A stretch of 64,000 nucleotides of DNA from Burkholderiales bacterium UBA2459 (GCA_002342365.1 DDPV01000049.1:4608-68607), one strand, 5' to 3'. Positions 1-10,400 are shown, counted from the stretch's first letter. The notes: generated by a model from the sequence alone, not told the origin. A program made the numbers and translations.

Positions 1-850
1 TGAAACTTTTTTGCGGCAACCCAAGCTGATCGAAGTCGCGCGTCGTAACGCACTGGCTGACAATGTAGAACAAACCGTCTACCGGCTTGACTCCGACGAG
101 CAAAAGCGACTCGCAGTACCGCATCTGTTGCGTGAGCGCGGACTCTCTCAGGTGATCGTGTTTACCAATACAAAAATTGGTGCAAGTCGACTCGCACGCG
201 AACTCGCCCGTGAGGGCTTAAGCTCCGATGCGATTCACGGCGATAAGTCGCAGCAGGACCGACTCGCGACGCTTGAAGCCTTCAAGCAAGGCAAAGTCGC
301 TGTGCTGGTGGCAACCGATGTTGCTGCGCGAGGACTTGACATCGCAGAGCTGCCTGCGGTGATTAATTTCGATCTGCCCTACTCACCGGAAGATTATGTG
401 CACCGGATCGGTAGGACCGGCCGCGCTGGAGCCTCAGGCGTGGCCTTGTCGCTCATGACCCAGACCGATGACCGTTATCTTTCGGAGATCGAAAAACTCA
501 CCAAGCGAAAATTTGAGGTTCAAACACTGTCCTTGCCCCAGCGAAGTGACAGCGCAGCTGCACAGGCTTTAGCCTCGTCCGCCTCGGCGTCGATCCGCAT
601 ACCCAGGCAACGTGCCGCCCACAACCCCTCCCACAGCCCATCCCACAACAAGCTGCCGGGTTACTCAACCGATCCCTTTTTCTTCAAGCCCTATGAGCCC
701 AAGGCGTTTGCACAAGATTCAACGGTTCAGAGCGCTCTAAAACCTTCCGAAGTCGATGTGCAGGCATCAAGAACACCCCTTTCTGCTTTGAGAAAAATGC
801 CCAAACCCCTGGCGGCACTCCTGGGCGGCAAGCGCAGCGCAGCGTCCTGA
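1..850 (+). CDS. rhlE: ATP-dependent DEAD-box RNA helicase, C-terminal part (5' end lies outside the window)
   Basis: The reading frame is open to the window edge. Helicase C-domain motifs are present: VIVFTNTK, VLVATDVAARGLDI, HRIGRTGRAG. A long low-complexity C-terminal tail follows. Confidence 0.9.
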   Translation, partial: ETFLRQPKLIEVARRNALADNVEQTVYRLDSDEQKRLAVPHLLRERGLSQVIVFTNTKIGASRLARELAREGLSSDAIHGDKSQQDRLATLEAFKQGKVAVLVATDVAARGLDIAELPAVINFDLPYSPEDYVHRIGRTGRAGASGVALSLMTQTDDRYLSEIEKLTKRKFEVQTLSLPQRSDSAAAQALASSASASIRIPRQRAAHNPSHSPSHNKLPGYSTDPFFFKPYEPKAFAQDSTVQSALKPSEVDVQASRTPLSALRKMPKPLAALLGGKRSAAS

Positions 851-919
851 TCGCGGCGCAAGCTGAGGCCAGCCGCTTTCGCTTTGCAGACTGCGGTCCG
901 AAAACAAGTTCAGCGTATC

Positions 920-992
920 AGCGAGCGTCTCGAAGCCAGCAAGCGTTTCAAAGCTAGTGAGGCGTTTCAAAGCCAGCAAGCGTCTCAAAGCC
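920..992. repeat. Four imperfect tandem 18-19 nt units (AGCRAGCGTYTCRAAGCC) in the rhlE/gluQ convergent spacer
   Basis: Read directly: 920-937 agcgagcgtctcgaagcc, 938-955 agcaagcgtttcaaagct, 956-974 agtgaggcgtttcaaagcc, 975-992 agcaagcgtctcaaagcc. The last unit covers the gluQ stop codon. Confidence 0.8.
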
Positions 993-1866
993 ATCGCTGG
1001 GCCCAGGCTTCGATCGCCTGCTCCAGAAACGCCGGTATCGAGCCCGCCTGGAGTTGCCCAAGACCGATGTGTCTGGCGGCAGCTTGCAAGTTCGAAGGGG
1101 CTTGTTCGGCTCGCAAGGGGAGAGCGCCTTGTTGCTTGGAGAGTTTTTGGCCTTCCGCGTCCTTCAGAACTGGGATATGACCGTAGCGCAAGCGACGGTA
1201 GCCCAGTGCATCTTGTAAGGCGATCTGTCTTGCGGTTGATTCAAGCAAATCATCGCCGCGCACCACATCCGTCACACCATCGGCTTCATCATCCACAACT
1301 ACCGCCAGATGGTAGCTGTTCAAGCCATCGGCGCGCAGCACCACAAAGTCGCCAAGCGATCGCGAAAGGCAGCTTGACTGCAGGCCTGCAAAGCGATCCT
1401 GAAACCTCACCGCCTGATCGGGGACAATGAATCGCAAAGCGCCCGCACCGCTGCTTCGCATCAGCGATCGGCAAAAGCCCGGGTAGGGGCGCTCTGCGCC
1501 CGGCAATGCCTGCCAACCGGCCTCAAGCAGCTGCATCTCGATGCGTTTTCTGCTGCAATTGCAGCGATAAAGGAGCTGTTGCCCATGCAGTCTGGCGAGG
1601 GCATTGCGATAGCGCAACCCCCGCCTTGACTGCCAACCGATGGGTCCGTCGTGTTCAAGGCCATGCGCCTGCAAGCTTTCGATGATCGATTGGGCGTGCG
1701 ATACATCGCAACGTTCTCGATCGATATCTTCAATGCGCAGCAGCCATTGTCCGCCGTGCGCCCGGGCATCAAGCCAGCTAGCAAGCGCTGTGCACAACGA
1801 GCCCAGATGGAGCGGACCCGTCGGTGAGGGTGCAAAGCGACCCTTATAACGTGTTGATCGCGCCAT
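985..1866 (-). CDS. gluQ: Glutamyl-Q tRNA(Asp) synthetase
   Basis: Truncated GluRS-like catalytic core with no anticodon domain: GRFAPSPTGPLHLGS, WLLRIEDID, KLSKQ. The start is placed at the internal ATG (MARSTRYKGRF), which removes the overlap with the LysR gene. Confidence 0.88.
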   Translation of the reverse strand: MARSTRYKGRFAPSPTGPLHLGSLCTALASWLDARAHGGQWLLRIEDIDRERCDVSHAQSIIESLQAHGLEHDGPIGWQSRRGLRYRNALARLHGQQLLYRCNCSRKRIEMQLLEAGWQALPGAERPYPGFCRSLMRSSGAGALRFIVPDQAVRFQDRFAGLQSSCLSRSLGDFVVLRADGLNSYHLAVVVDDEADGVTDVVRGDDLLESTARQIALQDALGYRRLRYGHIPVLKDAEGQKLSKQQGALPLRAEQAPSNLQAAARHIGLGQLQAGSIPAFLEQAIEAWAQRWL

Positions 1867-1883
1867 GGATGCAGTTGACCTTA

Positions 1884-2858
1884 TCAGGATCCGGCACCCA
1901 GCAACTTTGCTCGGACCCTTGGGATTTGAAGCCGGCCCAGCCACCATTGCAAAGCCTTGCCGCGCTTTCGCGTTGACCAGGCATAACGCAGCGCGGTGGC
2001 TTGTCGTTGCGGTCTGACAGAAAGCGCAAGCAGCGCGCCCGCTTTGAGTTCATCTCGTACGAAGGGCTCTGGCAGCCAGCCAACCCCTAAGCCTGCCAGT
2101 ATCGCTTTGCGCTTTTGTTCGGCGTTTGAAACGGTGAGCCGAAGCTGATGGCTGACAACACCCCAGTCGCGCGGCAAGCGCTGTTGCGCGCTATCGGCCA
2201 CAGCGATCAGGGTGCAGGCATCGAGCAGGTCCGCTTCCCAGGACAGGGTCTTGGCCTTGCGCAACTTAAGTAGCGGATGTTGCGGCGCAATGCAAAAGAT
2301 CCATGGCAGGTTGCCGAGCGATCGCTGCTCAAAGTGCGCAGTGTGCATCGCCGGTTGCGCGGTATCGACCGGCATGCCGATGGCCAAGGCCGCCCGACCC
2401 TCGGCCAAAGCCTCCCAGCTTCCTTCGAGCACTTCGTGTCGGATGCGCAAATGCGTGGGTACTTCAAGGGATTCAAAATCTTTGATCAAGGGTAGCAAAT
2501 CATCGAATCGCAAACTGCCGTCAAGCGCAATCGCCAGCTCAGACTCCCAGCCTTCGCCAAGGTCTTTGACCTGCGAGAGCATGGCTTGGGTGAGTTGAAA
2601 AATCTGACTGGCATGAGCAAGCAGAGCTTGCGCTGCTTCCGTGGGCCTCGCAACACGGCCGCGGCGGTCAAAGAGCAATACATCCAAATCCTCTTCGAGC
2701 TTGCGGACCGAGTAGCTCAGGGCAGAAGGTACCTTCCCCATGGCCTTGGCCGCTGACGCAAAACTGCCCCGGCGGGCGATCGTATCAAGGATTTGTAGCT
2801 GTTCAAGGCTGATTGGAGGGGGTTTGAGCCTGCCCTCGGTTATTGGCTTGCGGGTCAT
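1884..2858 (-). CDS. LysR family transcriptional regulator
   Basis: N-terminal winged HTH (LEQLQILDTIARRGSFASAAKAMGKVPSALSYSVRKLE) followed by a LysR-type substrate-binding region. Divergent from the pirin gene. Confidence 0.9.
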   Translation of the reverse strand: MTRKPITEGRLKPPPISLEQLQILDTIARRGSFASAAKAMGKVPSALSYSVRKLEEDLDVLLFDRRGRVARPTEAAQALLAHASQIFQLTQAMLSQVKDLGEGWESELAIALDGSLRFDDLLPLIKDFESLEVPTHLRIRHEVLEGSWEALAEGRAALAIGMPVDTAQPAMHTAHFEQRSLGNLPWIFCIAPQHPLLKLRKAKTLSWEADLLDACTLIAVADSAQQRLPRDWGVVSHQLRLTVSNAEQKRKAILAGLGVGWLPEPFVRDELKAGALLALSVRPQRQATALRYAWSTRKRGKALQWWLGRLQIPRVRAKLLGAGS

Positions 2859-2894
2859 CTCGAAAGCTTAGCAAAACCATCAAAAAATTTGATT

Positions 2895-2908
2895 GATTTA
2901 AACAAATC
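2895..2908. promoter_or_regulatory. Candidate LysR-type operator palindrome (GATTT-N4-AAATC) in the divergent LysR/pirin spacer
   Basis: Perfect 5-bp inverted arms in the AT-rich 113-nt divergent spacer. It fits the loose T-N11-A LysR box idea. No experimental or comparative support. Confidence 0.3.
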
Positions 2909-2971
2909 GCTAATACCTCAGCTTTCGCATTGGCGCGCACACTCGCCGTCAACTTCACGATGGAGGCAAAC

Positions 2972-3691
2972 ATGCGGCAATGGCTTCGGCGCTCCGAGGA
3001 GCGTGGCACAGTCGATCATGGCTGGCTACAAAGCGCACACAGTTTTTCCTTTGCAAGCTACCAGGATCCGCGCTGGATGCAGTTTGGTCCCCTGCGGGTG
3101 ATCAATGAGGATCGGGTTGCGCCCGGGCAGGGTTTCGGCACCCATGGTCACCGTGATATGGAAATCATCAGCTACGTGCTTGAGGGCGCGCTTGCGCATC
3201 GCGACAGCATGGGTCATGGTTCGGTGATCGAGCCGGGTGATGTGCAACGTATGAGTGCAGGTACCGGGGTGATGCATTCGGAGTTCAATCAACAAAGTGA
3301 GGCCTGGACCCATTTTTTGCAGATCTGGATTCTCCCAGACCGAGCCGGGCATGCTCCTTCCTATGAGCAAAAGCACTTTGATCAGCAACAAAGACGCGGT
3401 CAGCTCGCCTTGATTCTTTCTCCTGATGGTGCGCAGCATTCCCTGCGCTTAAACCAGGATGCGCGCGTATATGCTGGGTCATTCGATGGCACAGAGCATG
3501 CTGTTTTATCGGTTGGCAGCGATCGCGGGATTTGGGTGCAGCTGGCGCGAGGCAAGCTTCAGGTCAACGGTCAGTCACTCGAGGCGGGCGATGGTATCGG
3601 CCTTGCCGATGTGTCGGTTTTGCAGATCGACAAGGCCCTGGCAGCTGAGGTTTTGGTTTTTGACCTTCCCTTGCATAAGGAGTTTTCATGA
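2972..3691 (+). CDS. Pirin family protein
   Basis: Cupin metal-site region GFGTHGHRDMEIISYVLEG. A ggagg RBS lies just upstream of ATG 2972. The ORF-track start at 2930 was rejected as an N-terminal extension. Confidence 0.9.
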   Translation: MRQWLRRSEERGTVDHGWLQSAHSFSFASYQDPRWMQFGPLRVINEDRVAPGQGFGTHGHRDMEIISYVLEGALAHRDSMGHGSVIEPGDVQRMSAGTGVMHSEFNQQSEAWTHFLQIWILPDRAGHAPSYEQKHFDQQQRRGQLALILSPDGAQHSLRLNQDARVYAGSFDGTEHAVLSVGSDRGIWVQLARGKLQVNGQSLEAGDGIGLADVSVLQIDKALAAEVLVFDLPLHKEFS

Positions 3692-4239
3692 GTACTGTTG
3701 ATGTTGCAGTGGCCTATCACTCTGGTTACGGTCATACCGCGAAAGTGGCCGAAGCGCTGGCCCGGGGTGTGACCCTGGGCGGAAAAAAGGCCGTGTTGAT
3801 CGATGTTTCGGCGATAACCGAGGCGCAGTGGCTTGAGCTTGACGCTGCAAAAGCCATTGTGTTTGGCGCCCCCACTTACATGGGAGGCGCTTCTGCCCAA
3901 TTCAAGCAATTTGCCGATGCCAGCTCCAAGCGCTGGTTCACCCAAGCCTGGAAGGACAAGTTTGCAGGCGGGTTTACCTGTTCCCTGTCCATGAGCGGTG
4001 ATAAATATTCAACGCTGATGTACTTTGTCACGCTGGCGATGCAACACTCGATGGTTTGGATCGGGACCGGGATGCTGCCTTCAGCCATCCCGGGCGCAGC
4101 CGATCAGATGAACCGAATCGGCTCGTCGATCGGGGTGATGGCCCAGGCGGACAATGTGCCTGCTGAGCAAAGTCCACCCAAGGGTGACCTCGATACGGCC
4201 CAAGCCTACGGCGAGCGCATCGCACGCAGGATCGACTGA
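3688..4239 (+). CDS. Flavodoxin-fold NAD(P)H:quinone oxidoreductase-like protein (WrbA-like family)
   Basis: 183 aa with a flavodoxin-like pattern (VAYHSGYGHT, FGAPTYMGG). ATGA overlap with the pirin stop suggests co-translation. Confidence 0.75.
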   Translation: MSTVDVAVAYHSGYGHTAKVAEALARGVTLGGKKAVLIDVSAITEAQWLELDAAKAIVFGAPTYMGGASAQFKQFADASSKRWFTQAWKDKFAGGFTCSLSMSGDKYSTLMYFVTLAMQHSMVWIGTGMLPSAIPGAADQMNRIGSSIGVMAQADNVPAEQSPPKGDLDTAQAYGERIARRID

Positions 4240-5030
4240 GCGAGGGCTTCGAATCCGGCCGCAGCTTTGGAGGCCGAAAAGCGCTGAGGCATGTGCTGAA
4301 CCTGGCCCTCGAAGTGCTCGGGGCCTTCAACAGCAAGGTGGTGGGGAAAGCTGGCAAACATGCTTTCGTCGTTGGGGGCATCGCCGACGAAAAACCAACC
4401 TGCCTGCGCCTCATCGCGACGCTGACCGAAAACTTGCTCGATCAAGGCAAAGCTGCTGCTTGCTTTATCAAAGCTGCCAGCCCAGGCGTTCAAATGCACA
4501 TTGCTTGTTCGTGCCTGAAAACCCAGTGCACGCAGCGCATCGCTCAGCCTAGCCACAATAGCCCGATTGCCTCGCTGCTGCTCATTCCAATCGATCGCCA
4601 CATCGACGATGCGTTGGCCTTGATCGCTTGCCCAGCTTAGGGGTGCGTAGCGAGGCAGCAGGGCTTCGAGCTGGGCGATCAAAGGCTTGCGGCCCTCGTG
4701 ATCGCCAAAGCATCGCGTCACAATCCCAAAGCGCTGCAAGCCCGCCTCGTGAGCCAGCACGATCTGGCCGCCAGCTTGCTCGCGCCACAAGGCCACGCCC
4801 CCACTTTCTGCGACCACAGCGTCCACCGGCCAGTGATGCAACAGCATATGACCCCAGGCGGCTGAGCGCCCGGTGACCGGGATGATCTTCAGGCCGCTTT
4901 GGTGAAGCGACCACAGCGCCTGATAAGTCGAGGCAAGTAGTTGACCGCCTTGTGTGAGGGTGCCGTCGACATCGGTCAGCAGACCGAAGAGATTGCGGGG
5001 CAGGGCAGCTTCGTTGTTTTCAGTAGTCAT
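4206..5030 (-). CDS. HAD-IIB family hydrolase (Cof / sugar-phosphatase-like)
   Basis: HAD motifs DVDGTLT (I), VTGRS (II), GDAPNDESMF (IV). Start placed at the internal ATG (MTTENN), 11 nt downstream of the EamA stop. The 3' end overlaps the convergent flavodoxin-like gene by 34 nt. Confidence 0.8.
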   Translation of the reverse strand: MTTENNEAALPRNLFGLLTDVDGTLTQGGQLLASTYQALWSLHQSGLKIIPVTGRSAAWGHMLLHHWPVDAVVAESGGVALWREQAGGQIVLAHEAGLQRFGIVTRCFGDHEGRKPLIAQLEALLPRYAPLSWASDQGQRIVDVAIDWNEQQRGNRAIVARLSDALRALGFQARTSNVHLNAWAGSFDKASSSFALIEQVFGQRRDEAQAGWFFVGDAPNDESMFASFPHHLAVEGPEHFEGQVQHMPQRFSASKAAAGFEALAQSILRAMRSP

Positions 5031-5041
5031 CGGCGCATCGA

Positions 5042-6043
5042 TCAGGGGTCCGAAGCGGTTGTGGTTTTGGACCAGCTTGTGCGCATGGCGTTGAACGCGA
5101 GCCCCGCGATCACCAGCATTCCACCCTGGACTGTGGCTAAGGGCATTTCTTCGTCGGCGCCCAGCCAGGTCCAGATTGGCCCGAGCACAACCTCCAGAAG
5201 GCAAATCAAGGCGATTTCGTGGGGTGGTAAAAACCTGGCAACCCAGACCAGCAAGGCGCAGGGAATCGCCAGTTGAAAAACGCCAAGCAGGGCGAGCCAG
5301 GCCAGATCATGGCTGCTCGCTTCAAAGGGGATAGACCAGGGTAGTGTGATCAGGCAGGAGATCCATGCACCCACCAGAATCGCCGGAATAAGCTCAACCT
5401 GCGCGCGTTGTGCGCGAAGCACCACCAGGTTTGCGGCAGACGCAAGCGGCACGCCGGCTGCGATGAGCATGCCTTCATAGCCATCGCCGGTGATCCCCTC
5501 ACGCACCATCCACCAGACGCCGCAGCCGGCCATAGCAATCGCAAACAAAGTTGAGGGCTCGATCGGGGTTCGCAAAAAGAGCCTTGCCATGATCGCTGCA
5601 AGCAGGGGCGCAAGACTCATCACCACCACGGTATTGGCCACGCTCGTGCGCGTGAGTGCAATCATGAAGCAGGTGAACATCACCGCCCACATCGCACCGG
5701 AGAACAAGCCCCAGCGACCCATTGCCCACAGCACTTGCAAAACCTTGCGACGCCAGTGCCATGCCATGCCAAGGCCCATCGCAAGAAAACAAAAAAGGCT
5801 GCGCCAGAATGTGACTTCCAGGCTCTTTGCCTGTTCAAGCTGCCGGCTCACCAAACCTGCAATCGACCACATCAGCGTGCACAGCACCAGCCATGCGATG
5901 GCCTGCCGATGGCTTGGGCGAAATCCAGGCGGCGGCTGCTCGCGAACGCGCGGCCCATCCTGCGGCCGGTCTTGCGGCCGGTCCTGCTGCCGGTCGGGTG
6001 GGGCGACTTGCGGCGCTTTTGGGTGGATTCCGTTTTCAGTCAT
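5042..6043 (-). CDS. EamA/DMT family transporter with a repeat-containing N-terminal extension
   Basis: About 10 hydrophobic helices in two EamA-like halves. The start is uncertain: ATG 6043 or TTG 6067. The N-terminus carries DRQQ-DRPQ-DRPQ. Confidence 0.8.
   Translation of the reverse strand: MTENGIHPKAPQVAPPDRQQDRPQDRPQDGPRVREQPPPGFRPSHRQAIAWLVLCTLMWSIAGLVSRQLEQAKSLEVTFWRSLFCFLAMGLGMAWHWRRKVLQVLWAMGRWGLFSGAMWAVMFTCFMIALTRTSVANTVVVMSLAPLLAAIMARLFLRTPIEPSTLFAIAMAGCGVWWMVREGITGDGYEGMLIAAGVPLASAANLVVLRAQRAQVELIPAILVGAWISCLITLPWSIPFEASSHDLAWLALLGVFQLAIPCALLVWVARFLPPHEIALICLLEVVLGPIWTWLGADEEMPLATVQGGMLVIAGLAFNAMRTSWSKTTTASDP
5960..5995. repeat. In-frame 12-nt tandem repeat x3 inside the EamA 5' region
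   Basis: ctgcggccggtc / ttgcggccggtc / ctgctgccggtc, encoding DRQQ/DRPQ/DRPQ on the minus strand. Confidence 0.85.
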
Positions 6044-6109
6044 TCGGTCGCGCAGCCGGGCAGACAAGTTTGGACAATGTCACATCGATACCTTGGGAGA
6101 ACGACCGTC

Positions 6110-7432
6110 ATGAACAATCCGACTGACCTCAAAAAACCGGCTTATTGGATGCCGTTTACCAACACCCGCCAGTATGCTCAGGCGCCCAAACAGGTGGTGA
6201 AAGCACAGGGCATGTATTTCATGACCGAAGACGGGCGCCAGGTGATTGATGGGTTAGCAACCTTGTGGTGCACAAACGCAGGGCACTGTCATCCCCGCAT
6301 TGTAGAGGCCATGCGCGCACAGATCGGTGAGCTTGATTTTTGCTCCTCGTTTTCCATGAGCCATCCCAAGGCCTTCATGGCAGCGGAGCGTATTGCACAG
6401 ATCGCACCAGAGGGGCTCACGCAGGTGTTCTTCACCAATTCAGGCTCTGAGGCGGTTGATACCGCCCTGAAGATTGCGCTTGCCTATCACCGGGTCAATG
6501 GTCAGGCGACGCGAACACGCTTGGTTGGCCGCGAACGCGGCTACCACGGCGTGAACTTTGGCGGCCTGTCGGTGTCGGGTATTGGCAACAATCGAAAGGC
6601 CTTTGCGGCGGGCCTGTTGCCGCAGGTCGATCACTTGCGCCACACGGTGTTGAAGGAAAATGCCTTCAGCCGCGGGATGCCGGCAAACGGTGCATCGCTT
6701 GCCGATGAACTTGAGGAGCGCATCATTTATCGCCATGGTGCAGAAAACATCGCAGCGGTCATTGTTGAACCGGTGAGCGGCGCTGGCGGTGTGCTTGTGC
6801 CGCCCCAAGGCTATTTGCAGCGCATGCGCGAACTCACCCGCAAGCACGGCATTTTGCTCATTTTTGATGAGGTGATCACCGGTTTCGGTCGTATGGGAAC
6901 GCCTTTTGCGAGCCAGTACTTCGGCGTCACCCCCGATCTCATCACCTTTGCCAAGGGTGTGACCTCAGCGGCGGTGCCGCTGGGCGGCGTGCTGGTATCG
7001 CATCAGGTCTTTGATGCCTTTCGGGAGCGGTCCGCGCCTGGTATCGAGCTTTTTCATGGCTACACCTACTCGGGCCATCCCCTGGCAAGTGCAGCCGCCT
7101 GTGCGGCAATCGATCTTTACGAACACGAAGGCTTGATCGCCAATGCGGCAGCGCTTGCGCCGCACTTCGAAGCGGGCTTGCATGCTTTGAAAGACAAGCC
7201 GCATGTGGTCGATGTGCGCAACCTGCAATTGATCGGCGCCATTGAACTTGCGCCCCGTGAGGGGGCAGCCGGAGCCCGGGCCAGCGAGGTTTACAGCCGC
7301 GCCTGGGAGCGGGGTGTGTTTGTGCGGCCCATTGGCGATGCGATTGCTGTATGCCCGCCGCTGATTGCTCAGCCGCAGCATCTTCAAACTATCTTCGAGG
7401 TTCTTGATGAGGTGTTGTCCGATCTGACTTAA
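6110..7432 (+). CDS. Class III PLP-dependent omega-aminotransferase (beta-alanine/omega-amino acid:pyruvate type)
   Basis: [37 protein letters not shown] (PLP lysine region). Start at ATG 6110 (MNNPTDLKKPAYWMPFT). The ORF-track extension back to 5735 lies antisense to the EamA gene. Confidence 0.9.
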   Translation: MNNPTDLKKPAYWMPFTNTRQYAQAPKQVVKAQGMYFMTEDGRQVIDGLATLWCTNAGHCHPRIVEAMRAQIGELDFCSSFSMSHPKAFMAAERIAQIAPEGLTQVFFTNSGSEAVDTALKIALAYHRVNGQATRTRLVGRERGYHGVNFGGLSVSGIGNNRKAFAAGLLPQVDHLRHTVLKENAFSRGMPANGASLADELEERIIYRHGAENIAAVIVEPVSGAGGVLVPPQGYLQRMRELTRKHGILLIFDEVITGFGRMGTPFASQYFGVTPDLITFAKGVTSAAVPLGGVLVSHQVFDAFRERSAPGIELFHGYTYSGHPLASAAACAAIDLYEHEGLIANAAALAPHFEAGLHALKDKPHVVDVRNLQLIGAIELAPREGAAGARASEVYSRAWERGVFVRPIGDAIAVCPPLIAQPQHLQTIFEVLDEVLSDLT

Positions 7433-7459
7433 GCCTTGAAGCCGGGTAAAATCCGGCCA

Positions 7460-10400
7460 ATGGATGCACCCGGCTTCGTACATCTTCGGGTTCACACCGA
7501 ATACTCGATCAGCGACTCGATCGTTCGCATCGACGCTTTGGTTGACGCTGCCTTAGCCGACAATCAGCCTGCGGTTGCGGTCACCGACCTGGCCAATCTT
7601 TTTGCCTGGGTCAAGTTCTACCAGGCCGCCAGGGCAAAGGGCATTCAGGCGATTTGTGGTGCGGATTTGTGGATCACCAACGATCTTGACCGCGACCGAC
7701 CTTTTCGCTTGCTGGTGCTGGTGGAAAATCAGCAGGGCTACGCATCGCTTTGTCGGCTGTTATCGCGCGCCTGGCTGGACAATGAGCATCGGGGACGCGG
7801 CGAGATACGCAAATCATGGTTTGCCGAGCGCGACAACAGCGGACGCACCCACAGCGAAGGTTTGATCGCCTTGTCAGGCGGTATTGAAGGCGAAATCGGT
7901 CAGGCACTTGTCGCAGGCCGCACGCAACAGGCCCGGGAGCTTGCCAAGGACTGGGCTGCGCTTTTTTCGCCCGATTGCTTTTTTCTTGAAATCTGGCGCC
8001 GCGGACCGGAGGCCGAGGAGCGCTACGTCCGCGACTGCGCCAGGCTTGCGCAGGCTTTGGATTTGCCGCTGGTCGCCACCCATCCGGTGCAGTTTATTGC
8101 TCCGGATGCCTACCGCGCCCATGAGGCCCGGGTTTGCATCGCCGAAGGGGAAATGCTCGCCAATCCCCGAAGACCGCGTCGATTCACGGAATCGCAGTAT
8201 TTTTTAACCCAAAAGCAAATGGCCGAGCGATTTGCCGACTTGCCGGTGGCGCTGGCCAATGCGGTGCAAATCGCTCAGCGCTGTTGCTTGGCTATGACGC
8301 TCGGTCGTGCTTATTTGCCGGATTTCCCCACACCCACTGGCGTAACGATCGATGACTTCTTGCGCAGGCAGGCTGCTGAAGGACTCGAAATGCGGCTCAT
8401 GCAGTGTTTCCCGGACGAGGCTCAACGCGCTGCCAACCGCGATGCCTACAGCGATCGCCTGCGCTATGAATGCGACACCATTGTTCAGATGGGATTTTCT
8501 GGTTATTTTTTGATCGTTGCAGATTTTATCAACTGGGCCAAGCGCCATCAGGTTCCGGTGGGTCCGGGGCGGGGATCGGGTGCGGGTTCGCTGGTTGCAT
8601 TTGCCCTTGGGATCACCGACCTGGACCCGATTCCCTACGCTTTGCTTTTCGAGCGCTTCCTCAATCCCGAACGCGTCTCGATGCCAGACTTTGATATCGA
8701 TTTTTGTCAGGACAAGCGCTCGTTGGTGATCGACTATGTGCGCAAGCGCTATGGGAGCGATGCTGTTTCCCAGATTGCGACCTTTGGCACCATGGCCTCA
8801 AAAGCGGTGATTCGCGACGTGGGTCGCGTGCTCGACATTGGATACAATTTTTGTGATCAGTTATCAAAATTGATTCCAGTTGTTCAAAATAAGCCGCTCT
8901 CACTGGCAAAGGCCAAAGAGGCGGAGCCAGTCCTGAAGCAACGCGAAGCGGACGAAGATGAGGTTCGCGAAATCCTGGCACTTGCCGAACCCCTGGAGGA
9001 CATCATCCGCAATGTCGGCATGCATGCGGGCGGGGTATTGATTGCGCCAGGCCAGTTAACCGACTTTTGCCCGCTTTATCGCCAGCCTGGCGACGAATCC
9101 GCGGTAATCAGCCAGTTTGATAAGGATGACGTTGAGGCGGTCGGTCTGGTCAAGTTTGATTTTCTCGGCTTGCGTAATCTCAGCATCATCGAAATGACCG
9201 TGGAGTCCATCCGCAAACGTGCGCCTGGCTTTGTGCTTGATGAGGCCACCAAAGGTTTCAGTGACCCGGCTGCTTATCAGGTCCTCAAGCAGGCCAACAC
9301 CACAGCGATTTTTCAGCTCGAAAGCGATGGCATGAAAAAGCTCTTAAAAAAGCTCGAGCCGGATCGCTTTGAAGACATCATCGCGGTGCTTGCGCTCTAT
9401 CGGCCGGGACCGCTCGGTTCAGGCATGGTGGATGACTTTGTTTTGCGCAAAAAAGGCGTGCAGCGGATCGATTACTTTCATCCGGATTTGCAGGCCTGCC
9501 TTGAGCCCACCTATGGTGTGATCGTCTATCAGGAACAGGTGATGCAAATTGCCCAGATCATCGGCGGCTACACCCTGGGTAGCGCCGATTTGTTGCGTCG
9601 GGCCATGGGTAAGAAAAAGGCCGAAGAGATGGCGCAACAGCGCGATGTTTTTGTGAAAGGCGCAACCGCCAAAGGCTATGCGCTTGAGTTGGCCACCAAG
9701 CTGTTTGACCTGATGGCGATGTTTGCCGAGTATGGTTTTAACAAGTCGCACACGGCGGCCTATGCGGTGATCACTTATCAGACCGCCTGGCTCAAGGCCC
9801 ATTATCCGGCCGAGTTCATGGCGGCGACCCTGTCATCCGATATGGATGACACCGACAAAGTTCAGTTGTTTGTCGCCGATGCGCGGTTCAATGGCGTGGA
9901 GGTGTTGCCGCCTGATCTACACGCATCAGCATGGCGCTTTGAGCCGGTCTATCATGCTTCGAAGGCGGTCATCCGCTATGGACTTGGCGCTGTCAAAGGT
10001 GCTGGGGAGGCGGCTATCAAGCACCTCATTGCAGCCCGCGAGAAGGGAGCCTTCAAACACCTGTTTGACCTGTGCAAACGTGTGGACCGCCGCATCGTCA
10101 ATCGTCGCACGATCGAGGCGATGATTCGCGCAGGTGCGCTTGATGCGATTGAAGCCGACCGCGCCCGCGCGCTTGCCTCGGTTGGACTGGCCATGGACGA
10201 GGCCGAAAAATCATGGGCAAGCCTCGGGCAGGAAAGCCTCTTTGGCGAGGCATTCAGCGCAGAAGGCGAGCAAGACCTTCAAAGCCATTATGTGAAGGTG
10301 CCCGTCTGGAGCGAGCGCCAGCGCTTATTGGAAGAAAAACTCGCACTGGGATTTTTCCTATCCGGACATTTGTTTCACGCTTTTGCAAGTGAAGTCCGGC

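Noticed and set aside
920-992. A possible CRISPR array or other spaced repeat.
   Set aside because: The units are directly contiguous with no spacers. There are only four copies of 18-19 nt, and there is no leader or cas gene. It is a plain tandem repeat.
5735-6109. ORF-track N-terminal extensions of several genes: 5735, 33753, 37941, 40077, 40465, 41945, 47675, 48679, 55725, 59229, 12610, plus the minus-strand genes ending at 1947, 5204, 17101, 22209, 27435, 30918 and 59322.
   Set aside because: The extensions overlap neighbouring genes or lie antisense to them, and they lack family-typical sequence. Internal starts give the canonical N-termini, often with an RBS or a 4-nt stop/start overlap.
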